64,000 nt of DNA from Phallusia mammillata. Taxonomy: Eukaryota. Location of the stretch: NCBI GenBank assembly GCA_965637545.1, contig OZ281496.1:13702001-13766000 (forward strand), read 5' to 3'. Shown piece by piece: positions 23,425-35,699 of this stretch. How positions within the stretch are numbered: position 1 is the stretch's first letter; every line of letters starts with the position of its first letter. A program made the position numbers and the translations under genes. Under the pieces are notes generated by a model that did no database searches, was not told the origin of the DNA, and saw nothing but the letters and a program-made list of their open reading frames with translations.

Positions 23425-23959
23425 CAGTGTTTCTCAACCTTTTTGCAAATTAAGAACCGCGACCCCCTTCTGGAACTACACATATCACACTACAGTACAA
23501 CTCGAAAACATTTATTACAAATGACTGAAAATAATTGATGAGAGGGTTGGCGTTGTAACTGAATGGCCGTTGTAAAAAAACTTTGCAATCCGTGGTTAAG
23601 CGAACTGTGATCGACAGTGCCAGTCTCATATCTTCAAGCATCATTCGGTTCCGTGCCTTCGTCTTGATTTGTACAAGTGCCAAGAAGCCACTCTCACAGA
23701 GATCCGTTGTGGCACACGGAAGCAATATTCGAAAAGCTTGTTCAGATAGTTGGCGCATGCCACACCAGAATTACGAAACAGACATTTCATCGACAGCACG
23801 TCGTGGGGACGAATCGTTCAGAAGATCGCAAAATTGGTCTTGTAGTTCATCGGGAATTTCGGCAACATCTAAAGTAGCAGACTAGCAGAGAACGGATTTA
23901 TTTGAAGATGAAAAATAAATGCTCATCAAGCTTTTGTTCAAATTTTTGAACATGACAAT
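23425..23959 (-). mobile_element. Buster/ZBED8-like hAT 3' remnant
   Basis: Terminus CAGTGTTTCTCAACC at 23425. ORF 23450-23758(-) LLPCATTDLCESGFLALVQIKTKARNRM...DMRLALS is the hAT dimerization region. Confidence 0.8.
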
Positions 23960-24785
23960 AGCCTCTTTACATGGAGCGTTTAAGCGTATTCGATACGCAT
24001 TTCTCTCGTTTTCGAAAAAGAAAAAAAGCAAAGCGTATTAGACTTCTCCAATTCTCGATGCGCTCGGCACAGGTGGATTGAATACGCTTAGGCGCAACTC
24101 TTTTGTGAACAATTACGTCAACTTGAAACCATATGTAGTTTGTTTAATTTGGTGCCGAATATAACGGGGAATTTTGTAGTTAATGCTGAACGTACGTTCC
24201 AAACACTAAGTTATATATTTCATTAATTTTTTCGTCCAACTGGTGCAAAGTTGTACAAATTAGTCGTTTTTTTATACATATAACGCACAAGAGACTCTTA
24301 ATGAAACAGATTTAATATATTTGTACCGTCATATAAAGGATTTTTTTTAATGTGCTACATGGCCTGGAAATGTAATACAGTTTTAGTATGCAAACTTAGA
24401 AATCGGAACGTATTACTATTGGACAATAAAGTCAGAGTAATCTATACACTTTGAATGTTTCTCCCAACTACTCCTGATAGTTTAACTGTTCACAATAAAG
24501 AAATTCATACATTTGGTATGTCTAAACTCGACGCAAACAACTGCTGCACACAAATTAATTCAGATTTTTTTGGAAGAATAGACTAAAAGTCTAAAAATAC
24601 TTATTAACAATTAGGCGAACTTATGTTTGTATATCACTTTACAATAACCATTATATCGTTTTTGCGAAGTTGAAAACCTTGAATGCGATTCGGTTCGGCA
24701 ACATGTAATTTTACGCTTTAGCGAATTGAAATCGTGACGTCACACAATGCGCATCAACGATTCGATTCGCTCATGTAAAAAGGCT
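23960..24785. mobile_element. Putative Harbinger-type MITE
   Basis: TIR AGCCTCTTTACATG (23960) / CATGTAAAAAGGCT (ends 24785), 13/14 match and similar to the Harbinger 1 TIR. TAA follows the right end; the left TSD is imperfect. Confidence 0.55.
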
Positions 24786-24799
24786 TAATGTTCCCTTGT

Positions 24800-25080
24800 A
24801 TTACTTTTCGACGCCAACTAGCTCTGTACTAATCGTGGCAAATAATTTTTCGAAAAAGTCTGGATCATCCTTGTGTGGTGGATAAATGTTTACAAACAAT
24901 AGTGGCTGAGAATTGATGGTCGCTTTTATCATTATAAATCTGCCTTCGACGTCTCGGTATATGTTCGATAAAGACAAAATAATTTCTGACCACACTTATA
25001 TTTAATCATTTTGCATCTGCAATCTTTGTTAGAACATTCTTGGCACATTGTAATTTTCGGCAATAAGTTAACGGTTTTAC
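24800..25080 (-). pseudogene. L1/Tx1-type apurinic endonuclease fragment
   Basis: RDVEGRFIMIKATINSQPLLFVNIYPPHKDDPDFF matches the L1-clade APE DxxGR...NIYAP motif. Confidence 0.75.
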
Positions 25081-25090
25081 ACAAACACGT

Positions 25091-25345
25091 GAAGGGGACA
25101 CATCTTGATTTCACTATGTTTTTATTTATTTCTTTTTTCTCCGGTGAAGTTTGTCCATGCACTTTTGGCATGAAATCTTTGATGGATTTGGATTAAACTT
25201 TTACAGGTGGTAGATATGGTCATGTAGACGTGCCCTTTGGTTAGTTCAACTCGATAGCCCTAGTGGTACCCCACTAGCCCCAAAAACCTAAAACGTTTTT
25301 GTATGTTGCTGCGCACCACAAACGAAAGATTTCTGTGGTGTCACA
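25091..25345 (+). mobile_element. Second, shorter and diverged copy of the HINE-like family at 1920-2658
   Basis: GAAGGGGACACAT start, one internal unit (ggtagatat...gtagacgtg...ccccactagcccc) and the same 3' block tttgtatgtt...caccacaaacg...tttctgtg...gtgtcaca. Confidence 0.75.
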
Positions 25346-25439
25346 GTATAATAGGCAACGAGAAAACTACTGTGTGTTCTTTTATTACGTTTTCCTTCGT
25401 CACGCTTGAATGACACTTTATTAAACTTACCGGGCTTAC

Positions 25440-28400
25440 ATTAAACTGTACTATAACTTGCAGCTAATGTGACACTCTCGTTTTTTTGTAGAACTTCGAA
25501 CAAATTAATGAAAATGTTTGTGGTGATGTCTAATTTGATGTTGTAATGGTACCACTAATGACACTATTGTGTTTTAATATGATGCAGAAAATAAAAATGT
25601 TAAGTTTTTGGTGATGTCTTATTTAATTTAATGTTGTAATGGTACCAGTAATGACACTATTGTGTTTTTATGGAATGCAGAAAATAAAACTGTAAGTTTG
25701 TGTGGATGTCTAATTTAATTTAATGTTGTAAAGGTACCATGCGAAAGAATTAACACTTATTAGCACAAAACTACATGGTAGTTGATGACAGTTTAGGGCA
25801 GGGATAGTTAACTTTTTTGCAATTGCTAATGAAATAATATGAGAATTCCAACCACACATTTTTGTTAACCCAGACGCCTCGCCAGTAGCCCTATGAAACT
25901 GGGAGTTTGTAGTGCAACCACACCTGTTGAGCGTTCAAGCCAAGCCTTTAGGTCTTATTACCAGCCTAGGCTTTTAGTTAACCACACCGATAAGGCGTTC
26001 AAGCAAAAATGCTTATTGGTTAACCACACGGCGTTCAAGCAAAAATGCGTATTAAATAAAAATTTAACAACTACATTTTGTTTCTATCTGCTAATGTTAG
26101 TTAAAGCAACTTCACTTTGTTCTAATGTTTGTACATCAAGTATTTTGTTTCAGTTTCTTAAGCTCAAATAAAGAACTTATCTACAGGACAAAACTCCTTA
26201 TCCTAAAATTTACAACATTCCTACTTACATGTAAAGCATACTTTTAAACTTTGCTTGCTTTCACACTTGAATAAAAGCATATAGATGTAGCAAGATCTAA
26301 TTATTTAAAAATAAAATCCATTCTTCTGGTTTTAATTTGGGCAAAATGATCAATAACGTTCTCCTTGATATCTAAATGATTACTAAGAAATTGTTTTTCT
26401 ATTGCAAGCACAGCAAGAGCATTGAGCTTTTCTGAATTCATTGTGCTTGTCAGAAAAGTTTTTATTCTCTTTATTGTTGAAAAGCATCGTCCAGCCTCTG
26501 AAGTAGTCATGGGAATTGTCAAAAGGATTTTTATCAGTTTTGTAATTTCACTCAATACATCATCTAGATTATTTTCCATGATAAATTTCAATAGCTCGAG
26601 TAATTTGCAATATTCATGAATATCAGATCTACAGTAGAACACATTAGTTTAGTAAAACACATTTGCCAGCTTGTCTTTGTCAATGAAGGGATATGCTCTA
26701 GTAGTCATTACTATCTCTCCTGTAGGAAGTTCATTCTTAAAACTAGTAAAAAGTTTCCTGTCAAACAATCTAGCAGCTACTATGTGTTCAGTGGAAGAGT
26801 GTCTGTCCGTTATATCAACACATATACAGTCCATACTTCCTTAGCTTCTGCCTTGAGTGTCCTTAAATGGTTTTCACAGTACTTTGAATTTCTTATTTTA
26901 GACATAGCACACTTACAATTTGTTATATATTCACTGACTTTAAAAGCTTCAATATCTCGAGATTGCATTTGATTGCAAATAATTTCGACATGCGGCATAA
27001 TCTGATAAAAAAGCCCCAACCAAAACTTGAAATTATCGTCAGTCAAGTATTTTAAAATTCCTGTTGCTTCTGCAATTGTTTGATCTGCATTTGATGTTGC
27101 CTGAATTTCAGTGAGGGCTTTTTTTTAAAGGTGACAAGTTTTCATAAACTGTGATTATGGTCCGAATGTTGAAGTTCCACCTTGTAGCAGATGGACGTGG
27201 AATTTTGACATCCATATGTTTTTTTTAAAATGGTAACACGTTGTGGTGATCTTGAGAAAAATGTTGGAATAGCCAAAACGTTAGAAAAAAATATTCTTGC
27301 ATTTCGACTAATGCTTGCTGCAGTTTTCATGATCAAATTGAGTTGATGTGCATAACAGTGAATAAAATGTGCATTACTATACACTGCTTTTACTTTTTTC
27401 TGAACTCCTGATTTTCTGCCTCTCATCACATTTGCACCATCATATGTCTGAGTTATTAATTTTTGTCCATTTCCTTGAAGGATTATGTCCAATTGTTCTA
27501 AAATACGATTTGATATGCCATCAGCTGCTTGATTTTCTGGAGTAAAAAACAAACAAAAGTGGATTTCTCCATCCAAAAAGTACCGCAGAACAAGGACCAT
27601 TTGTGTAGTTTCCGAAACATCAGTTGTATCATCAGCCATGACAGCGACAAAAGAAGATCTTCCAATTTCGGCCCTTATCAAGTATTTCATTTTGAATTGT
27701 TTTAGAAACCCCTTTGAAAACTGTACTTGTTTCTAAGTGTTTTTTTAAGTCTGGATCTAACTTAGATGCAAAATTGACTAATCCTTTAAATACACTTAGA
27801 TTAGCACCATCATCTTTTTCATCATGTCCACGTAAGGGAGTTTCAAAGTTTCCACAGAACAAAATGCAGTCTATTATTTTGGACAATATTTCACGATTTT
27901 TTTTCACTTTTTTGTTGTGTTCAATAATTGAAAGTCTATACGCCTCACTAAGTTTTTCCTTAATATTTACAGTTCCCAAAAGTGAAAGTGAAACATCATT
28001 GTCCACATGCTTCTTGACTTTTCATGTTTTTCTGCTTTCTCACCTATTTTGGCTACATTTGTAAAACCATCTTTTGTCCAGCATTTGTCGTCACCTCCAA
28101 ACAGCAAACATGGAAAACAAAACAGTGCATTTTCAACTTCACAACCACAAAGCCATTTTTTCCTTTGATACCATTCAGAATTAAAACTGCGTATATATTT
28201 CTTGTTGTGGCCCATTCCTGGCTGACAAACTTGAATATCAGGGGTCGGACGCCCTTTGTTCTTTATACTTACCTTTTCAGAACTTGATAACTGCGAAAAC
28301 AAGTTGCTGAAGCTCACTTACAGTCACCGAATGAGAATCTTGAAAAGCCATGATTAACCTTTCAATCAAAAACTGCAAAAATGTGCGCATGCGCAGAACC

Positions 28401-28634
28401 GCAAAACGTCAGAAAACTGGAGCTGCAGTTCAAGCATGGGTATACATTACTATTTCAAAAAAAATGTTTTTTTATGAAAAAAAAAATTTAATGAGAAAGA
28501 GGTGATTAGGGCGAAAATCATGGAATAAAAAATAAAAATAATGAAAGTTATTTGTAATCTTATGATAGGTTTATTAAGTAAAAATATCTAGGAGGTGCTG
28601 CAGCTCCGCAGCACCCTAGCACGAGCCGCCCCTG
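25440..28634 (-). mobile_element. ZMYM1-like hAT, degenerate copy A (3' end missing)
   Basis: TIR GCACGAGCCGCCCCTG at 28619-28634. Transposase is broken into six ORF pieces (26301-28317) colinear with 43355-45433. Shares the 39-bp and ~90-bp repeats and intervening 3' sequence with copy B. Confidence 0.92.
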
Positions 28635-30162
28635 GTTATTTGTCTGTTTCATGAAAAGCGCAGAAGTGAACTGATTAGCACAAATCAAGGATTTAGGTTT
28701 TGTAAGGGTTAGACAACGAATACCTGGAGATTGTTATGCGCTTCGTTGATCACAACGTCGTTAAATCTGAATATACGCCGGCAGGAAATTTGATTTTTGT
28801 CGCACTTCAAAATATCTGATATAAACTTGTTTCTAACTATGTACTAAATTGGGAGGCTTATATACATTGTGTTATGAAGGTGAAGATTATGCTTCTGAAG
28901 AAATGGGTATGTCGGCAAAAAAATTCGTCAAACAAAAATCATTATGTTCGTTTATTTATTTGTAAAATAAAACCATTTCAACTCCCTCTTCCCTAACACG
29001 GGTGGTTAGCTTTTGGGTCCCAACTTGACTGGCACTCGTGTTTACTAATGCGTTATCGAATGGCTACACAAGGTTTTCTGGGTTTTTAGACGTCGGTATT
29101 ATAGGCCGAACACAGTGAATTATAGCATTCCAAAGGTATTTCATGTTTTGTTTGAGCGCTAGATTAGGGTTACCATATTGACAACCCTGACAACTTTATT
29201 TCAGTTGCGTTAACCTTTTTTGCGATCCAAACACTTCTATTACGGAATAAATTTAGAATATTCGAAAGTCATACGGACGGGCGACACTAGAAAATGTTAG
29301 ATACGATATTCCGATCCTTATCAATTAACTTTCTGCGTAGACTTCTGTTTAGTTGACTATATTAGAATAAGCTCAATACACTCCCTACCCATGAAACTGT
29401 AAGCACGTATTTCTGGAGGCGCCAATATTTGCCACTCTAAGAGCCATTTGGACCAATTTCACATAGTAAAAAACACTGGGAGCCACAAAGACCTTTTTTT
29501 AATTTAAAACAAAATGCCACTGTAAGAACGTTTTAATGTCTCACGCCATGTCTGTTGTTAGTTAGTTCCTTGGCAAACCATTTTCGTCAGCACTGAAAGC
29601 AAAGTAAACTTTCCACGTAGCAATGAATGGTGTATCGGACCTTGGACTTTTCATGCAAAACATATCGGACTTTTTAATTCAAAACATTTTAATTCGTGAA
29701 ATTGTCGTGTCATATTGTCCCGGTCAAACCTCACCTTTTTTCTACACAAAAGCTTGACCGGCTTTTAAACCTGTTTTCTAATCACCACTCTGGTCATATA
29801 CTGGCTTAAGACTATTGTTGTATCGCTTTTAACGTGTTAACAATAACCCACGTATTACTTGGCCTCCAGCCATGTTATACATGACGTTTTCAAAATCAAC
29901 CAAAAGAATAATTACGGTTTAGAACTTAGTGAACCTTCTCGGGCGTACGTTTTTACAACTTCGCTTGCATAACAACATTTGACCTGATCGCTATATAAAC
30001 CGCGTCAATTTAGATTTAAGATCAGTGCATAAGTGACTATAGAAGTGACTAGGTTTTGCATTCGAGTCGATATCTGACTGTTGATTCGGGGCGCGTTATG
30101 ATATTTGTGTTGCGTGTTTAGCCGCAAATGGCGCTTTCGTGGCATGCTTTATTGAAATATAA

Positions 30163-30304
30163 TGTGGGAACGTTAATTTAGTTTTGCGTCTTTTTAGGTT
30201 TAGTTAAGCAGCATTAGTTTGTTTATACAAGGAGTCAGATGTACGGCAGTGTTGTTTATTGTCTACGCACTGGGTCAGTACAAATTTGGTGAGCCCGACG
30301 TGAT
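30163..30304 (+). repeat. Probable LTR 3' portion plus tRNA-Trp primer-binding site
   Basis: ...GGGTCAGTACA ends at 30282, then TGGTGAGCCCGACGTGAT (30287-30304), 17/18 complementary to the conserved tRNA-Trp 3' end ATCACGTCGGGGTCACCA. The LTR 5' boundary is uncertain. Confidence 0.7.
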
Positions 30305-30334
30305 GAAATTGATTGTCGCGCATTTAACCTTCTG

Positions 30335-31219
30335 ATGAAATTGCTGTTAAGAACGCCTAAATTAATGATGCAGAAAATTGCTAGTTTCGTTTCTGTAAGC
30401 GCCGCGACGCATTGTTATATGACGCCTGTCCAGTCTGCATGGACGTCACCAACGGTATTGTATTACTCTGAGACTGAGCTCCGCTCAAATTATTCTGTCA
30501 AGTTTTCAGATAGAAACCAGGCAGCATCGCCGTTTTTGCCACGTAGCCAGGCACCGTGTGATGCACAGTATTTTACACCTCGCTATCAAATTAATTCTGC
30601 GCCTTTTCTTAATTTAAAAGAACTTAATTTACCTCCAATGTGGACGGATACGGTAAAATTTTGGTTTGCAACGGTGGAAAACATTTTCCAAAGCCACCAG
30701 GTAACGTCCGACGCTGAGAAATTCTGTTTAATTGTCTCTGTGTTGAACCAGGCACAAGCGCAAAAGGTCAGCCACGTCATTTTAGGTGCTGTTGGTGGTT
30801 GTCTTTCGTATGACGATCTAAAACAGGCTCTGATAAAGGCTTTTTGCGTTAACCCTGTTGCTAAGGTAAATGAGTCGCTTCCCGATGTTTCGTTGGAAAG
30901 TAAGCGCCCTAGTGTCTCTGTTGATAGTTTGTTTCCTCATGACGATAACCAAGATCTAGAACCGGTCGCCGAAAAGTTGTTGAACCAGTCGTTTTTGGCG
31001 CCTGATTACTACTGTTTGTCCATTGATGCATTGGCTGAAAACGCGTATGAAATCGCATCGTTTAGCGAACCAAGGAACTTTCAGTCTATTAAAGTGACCG
31101 AAAAGGACACAATTGTCGCCGGCAATAAAAGTGTCATTGTCGACGCGTGCCGATTTCAACAACTCGTCAGACGAACTGCCGGATTGTTCAGATTCGTGGG
31201 CGATCTAAGAATCGGATAG
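30335..31219 (+). CDS. CsRn1-like Gypsy gag (DUF7041-like), open 294-codon ORF, no pol downstream
   Basis: LNLPPMWTDTVKFWFATVENIFQSHQVTSDAEKFCLIVSVL...SYDDLKQALIKAF matches the KLPPFW...WF...E..F...IT.D..KF pattern. The true start may be a downstream ATG. Confidence 0.8.
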   Translation: MKLLLRTPKLMMQKIASFVSVSAATHCYMTPVQSAWTSPTVLYYSETELRSNYSVKFSDRNQAASPFLPRSQAPCDAQYFTPRYQINSAPFLNLKELNLPPMWTDTVKFWFATVENIFQSHQVTSDAEKFCLIVSVLNQAQAQKVSHVILGAVGGCLSYDDLKQALIKAFCVNPVAKVNESLPDVSLESKRPSVSVDSLFPHDDNQDLEPVAEKLLNQSFLAPDYYCLSIDALAENAYEIASFSEPRNFQSIKVTEKDTIVAGNKSVIVDACRFQQLVRRTAGLFRFVGDLRIG

Positions 31220-32289
31220 CAGGTGAGTATAATTATTGATTGACTATTGTTTACGGACGAATTTGATTTCCTCACTGCGATATTGCCTACTTCCCTTACT
31301 TTTAATCTCTACCTTGCGATTGCTAATCTTAAAATGCAGCAACTGTACCATGTCATGACTACATGAGGTTCAGACGACTTCTACCGATACTGACGACGAC
31401 TTGTCAAGCAGTAAGTACACTATCGTCTTTATATGCCAAATCACATTGGCCTCGCTCATGCCAATATAACCAAAAGCGTCTGATAGAAACCTCGTAGATT
31501 GTCCGTTCTAACAACTACATTGATATAAAAAGAAAACGATCATAACCTTCGTTCTAAGTACCTAATAGGTTGACCCTGTATAAAAATAAATTTAGATTTG
31601 ACATGACTATAAGTGAAACCAAAACGATAAATATGAAATTGTGTTTAATCAATTAAACGTGCCAAGGAAAAATGCAGGAGAATGCTACATTAATAAAGCG
31701 GAGAGATGCAAATGGCCTTGACACTATAGCGCCGCCGCGCGCACGCGTTCATCGAACGCCAAGCCACTGGTTCATATTGAACTTTATACTTCAATGAGCT
31801 TCGCTCAAAGCAGCACTGCTGCTCAGTCGGTAGGCCAAATACCGCCTAAAAGCAATTGCAACTCAAACAAGATTGATTGCCTAAAAACCTTTACCTTGCC
31901 TCGACGGCAGCGCAAAAATATAATAATCTATTACAGATTGGCCTGTCGGGTCGAAATGGCGAGAGTAATGCTACAAAAAACGACTTACCAACTCACAACC
32001 GCAGATTGCTGAAGCACTGCAAAACCCTTACAAGTGGGAGGCTGCAAAGCCAAATTTCACATGTAAAATCAAGTCGCCAGCATAGCTACGCGTCAAACCG
32101 TAAAAAAACTTAGCAAAACTCTGAAAAGTACGGCAGCTTACGGCAGTTTAATTTCTTACAATAATTCGAAACAGAAACACTTGTCAAATGTCAAACTATT
32201 TTTATTTGTATATCACAAACCTACATAGTACTTAGAATTTGCGCCATATTAATCGTAATGTATATATACTTAAAGAAAATTCAGTGTGA

Positions 32290-33148
32290 AAAACCACTAA
32301 ATCTGTCGCTATGTTTTATTTGTTTTATTAAAACAAATGCATTTCGCTATAAAAAGCATCATCAGTGTCTAAAAACAAAATAAAAAACGGGATAAAAGCA
32401 GAAAATACACAAAAAACGCACACACCCAGACCAACCACAAAAAGCCTATCCTCTATCTTACAGGACTGCAAATGCAGACCGGCAGGTATGGCGCTGATTA
32501 AAACCACGAAAAAAGGCGAGGAAAAGATAAGGGCGCAAAACGAAAAAAACAAACACGATTGTAGCAACAAAGCGATTGCAGTCAACGAACCGCAGGAAGG
32601 ACCATAGATTGAACATTTATTGTGGCGCCCGTTAAAATTAGCCATTTGTTTTCACAAACGTCCAAATTTTCAGTTCGAGGTTCCTCTACAAAAACCACAT
32701 TATAGCATTGTGCAATACCTAACTTTTTTTGGAAAAGTCGGAAATGTTTATTGTGGTAGTGCTGAAGAAGGGCCCCGCGCGGTCACCCCCTACACTTATG
32801 TCAGACGTCCGCCAAACAGCTCGATGTGAATTCCATCGGGTCGAAAACTTATTTTTAGTTTGGCCGACATATTGTTCTTCACACGCCAAACACGTGGCTA
32901 CATATATTCCGTAGTTATGACACGAAAGTTGCTGACGTAAGTGGAACAGTCTTTGTTGTGACCGCAAGTCAGTCACCGGAAAAACCATTGATTTGGATTT
33001 GCCGTGGCGACCGCACAGGGCGCATTTGCCACAAGGATAAGATCCTGTTTTATGATCTGCTGTTTCGTGCGCTAATATTTTGTAACGCATCAAGGCAGCG
33101 CCGATGGTGAAGGGTCGCTTGTAGACTACACACGCTGAAGGCCTAAGA
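32290..33148 (-). mobile_element. Penelope-like element, 5'-truncated (GIY-YIG endonuclease plus 3' pLTR)
   Basis: VVYKRPFTIG...YPCGKCALCGRHG...LSCHNYGIYVATCLACEEQYVGQTKNKFSTRWNSHR, one frameshift, then ALLQHY...YNVVFVEEP...LDVCENKW ending at the stop at 32582-32584. Hammerhead motif downstream. The 3' boundary is approximate. Confidence 0.9.
32331..32370 (-). ncRNA. Minimal type I hammerhead ribozyme in the Penelope 3' region
   Basis: Minus strand AGACA-CUGAUGA-U-GCU(uuuuau)AGC-GAAA-UGCA-UU-UGUUU: conserved core, 3-bp stem II, palindromic UGCA in stem III, 5-bp stem I with one G-U pair. Confidence 0.72.
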
Positions 33149-35465
33149 GATTATATAAACAGAAAACGGTTTCCATCAATGGTGTTACAAGCTGTTGTTG
33201 ATAACCAATACAGGTATGTTGCAAACCAAATGTATACTGTAACAAATACAATTGGAGTATAATTGTCTCTTTTTAGATTTCGAGATGTTTCAATAAAGTG
33301 TCCAGGGTGTGAACATGATGGTGCAGTTTTAAAGTCAAACCTGTACAAAAATTCAGCCCAACTACCTAAGGTAAAATTGATGTGAATTTAAAAAATATAG
33401 TTCTCACATTTGCATAGTGTTATAATAGCTTTATGCTAAAAAAATTGCACAGTAGTTTATGTGGCTTTTTATTAGGGTGTTCTTCAAATTAATGACAAAA
33501 ATGTGCCACTGATGATTGTTGGGGATGCTGCATATCCTCTGCTCCCAAGGCTGATGAGGCCATATTCAGGTGCTTCACTTTCTGACAAGCAAGAGCTGTT
33601 TAATTTTCACCACAGCAGTGTGCGCATTGTTGTTGAAAATGCCTTTGGAAGACTTAAAGCACGCTGGAGAATCTTAAAGCGCTAACTAGATATTAAAACT
33701 AAAGATGTACCATTATTGTGGGAACTTGTTGTATTTTGCACAACTTATGCGAAGAAACTCAAAGTCCTTTACCCAGAGATAGTGCTTATGCAAATCCTGT
33801 ACCCAGCACAGTGCATTCCGAAACACCAATTGATAATTCAATCCGACAAACTACTGCTGATTTCATCTTTCAACAACATGAAGTTAATGGTTAAGAGGTT
33901 TTGGCTTATTTTATCCTACTAATAAACTGCTAACAAAACTGTTTTGTGGTTTTGGCTAATAAAAAAGAAAAACGCATCTCATGAGCACATGTTTATTATG
34001 TATACATATGTTTCTGTTGCTAAAACATAAACTACCAAATAATAATTTGGGTGGTAAACCAACATCTATGGATTAGGGTTGCCACGGGCAGCAGCATCCA
34101 AACTTTGTGTCATGCTGGTAAGTGCACCAAGCAAAGTATTCCACATTTGTGCATCCCGTTCTTGTCCCTCCTTAATAAGCCGCACCATTTCTCTCCCTTT
34201 TTCAATATTTTGTGCAGCAAGAGACTGTCTGCCTTGTGCACGACTGGAGTTACCTTTAAAAATATTGGTATTAGAAACAAAAATAGTAATAAATGAAACA
34301 AATATATACCTGAAATAGTGCCTGGTGATGGTGTTTGTATCACTTGTTCCTCATCCATTAATTGTGTTGCTGAGCTAGAAAGTAAATTCTCCGACTCTGA
34401 TGTATCCTCTGATTGAGCTGTTGAACTGGTATTATCTGCCACATGATATGTAACATTCAAACCTTATTTATACTTTCACCAATACTTTGCTTTCACCTGC
34501 TTCCTGCAGTAAAGCTGATATATTCATGTCTTCTGATAAATGGTCTGTGCAGAAACATGGAACTATGATGTAATTGTACCAAATTTTTACACTACTATAC
34601 ATTATACCAGTTGGAGTTTGGATACAATCACAAGTTCTTCCAAGGTTTGAGGTAGTGGTTCCTTATCGGATGATTCAAATCTATATGACTGACTGGATGA
34701 CTAAAAAAATGTCAAACAAAACACACATGTATGGGGCATTTAAAACTTGATAGAGGACGCATGGCAAACAACTCATCCATTGCATCAAAAAACGGCCAGT
34801 GTAATGCTTTTGAAGAATGGCCTGATGTCCCCAAGTCTGCTTTAACTTTATGATATTCTGATTTTAACATTTTCCATTTGCGCCGAATTTGTTCTCTAAA
34901 ATGGCATTAAGGACATAAACAATATAGGTAAACTTTATAGCAGTAGGCAAGTTTCTTTGTCATACATATTAAAGTTGTGACCTCTTTGCATCATTACCTC
35001 TCCTGCCTTTTCCATCACTGTTTTGTTTCTTATCGAGGTCTTGTCTGATTTGTCTACCAACTTCATATCTTTAGTAATGTTTATTAAATCAAAAACTTGA
35101 TTTTTTGACCACCTAATTTTGCCTGACTTACTCATTTTTGCACTAAAATGTAGCTATAACATGACACTTGCATTTCACGTCTTGTACAAAAAACTATTAC
35201 CTGATCGACAGGTTCAAATGGTGAACTTTAAAAGCTAAAATTTTCCGAAAACCTACAACAATGCTCACATGCATAATTAACGGCCACGAACGCCTGTGAA
35301 CGTGGTGCTCTGATACTTGCATGCAGACCCCAGACTTTAAAACCAATAAACCGTGTCGCGGGAAACTCGCCAATCCGGTCACGCACCATTGCGCACATGA
35401 CATGTAAACGCAAAGGCTTTTTGCCAAGTTTAGGCCTAGTCTATTGACGGACATGTAAACGTAGT
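33149..35465. mobile_element. PIF/Harbinger transposon 2 (left part missing)
   Basis: Plus-strand spliced transposase 3' half (33149-~33900): DYINRKRFPSMVLQAVVD|FRDV...HDGAVL|IVGDAAYPL...RIVVENAFGRLKARWR. Convergent minus-strand Myb/SANT gene. Candidate right terminus CATGTAAACGTAGT at ~35452-35465. Confidence 0.82.
34050..35135 (-). pseudogene. Harbinger accessory gene, trihelix/Myb-SANT type, multi-exon
   Basis: MSKSGKIRWSKNQVFDLINI...VMMQRGHN followed by REQIRRKWKMLKSEYHKVK...HWPFFDAMDELF, then low-complexity exons. Confidence 0.72.
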
Positions 35466-35699
35466 AATTGACTTTCAGGACTTTTTGATTATATGGGTCT
35501 GCTAGGTCAATTTTGGTAAAACCATGTCCGCCTCCACTTACACTAATTATCTTTTTCTAGGTCTAAACAACTACAACTTGATAAACACCTTAAAAAACAT
35601 CAATAAATTCAAACCCTAATATGCAGATCACAGGAAATAATTTTCAAACTACTTTTTAGTTGAGATTTTTTTTTAAGTTCTCCTCTCAAACCAGCATTC

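Noticed and set aside
28690-28800. VVINEAH on the minus strand resembling a DExH helicase motif II (Academ/RecQ-like)
   Set aside because: A single short motif with no supporting helicase motifs in adjacent frames.
29166-29190. TAGGGTTACCATATTGACAACCCTG, resembling two fused hAT TIRs
   Set aside because: No matching 8-bp flanks; too short to distinguish from chance or a decayed remnant.
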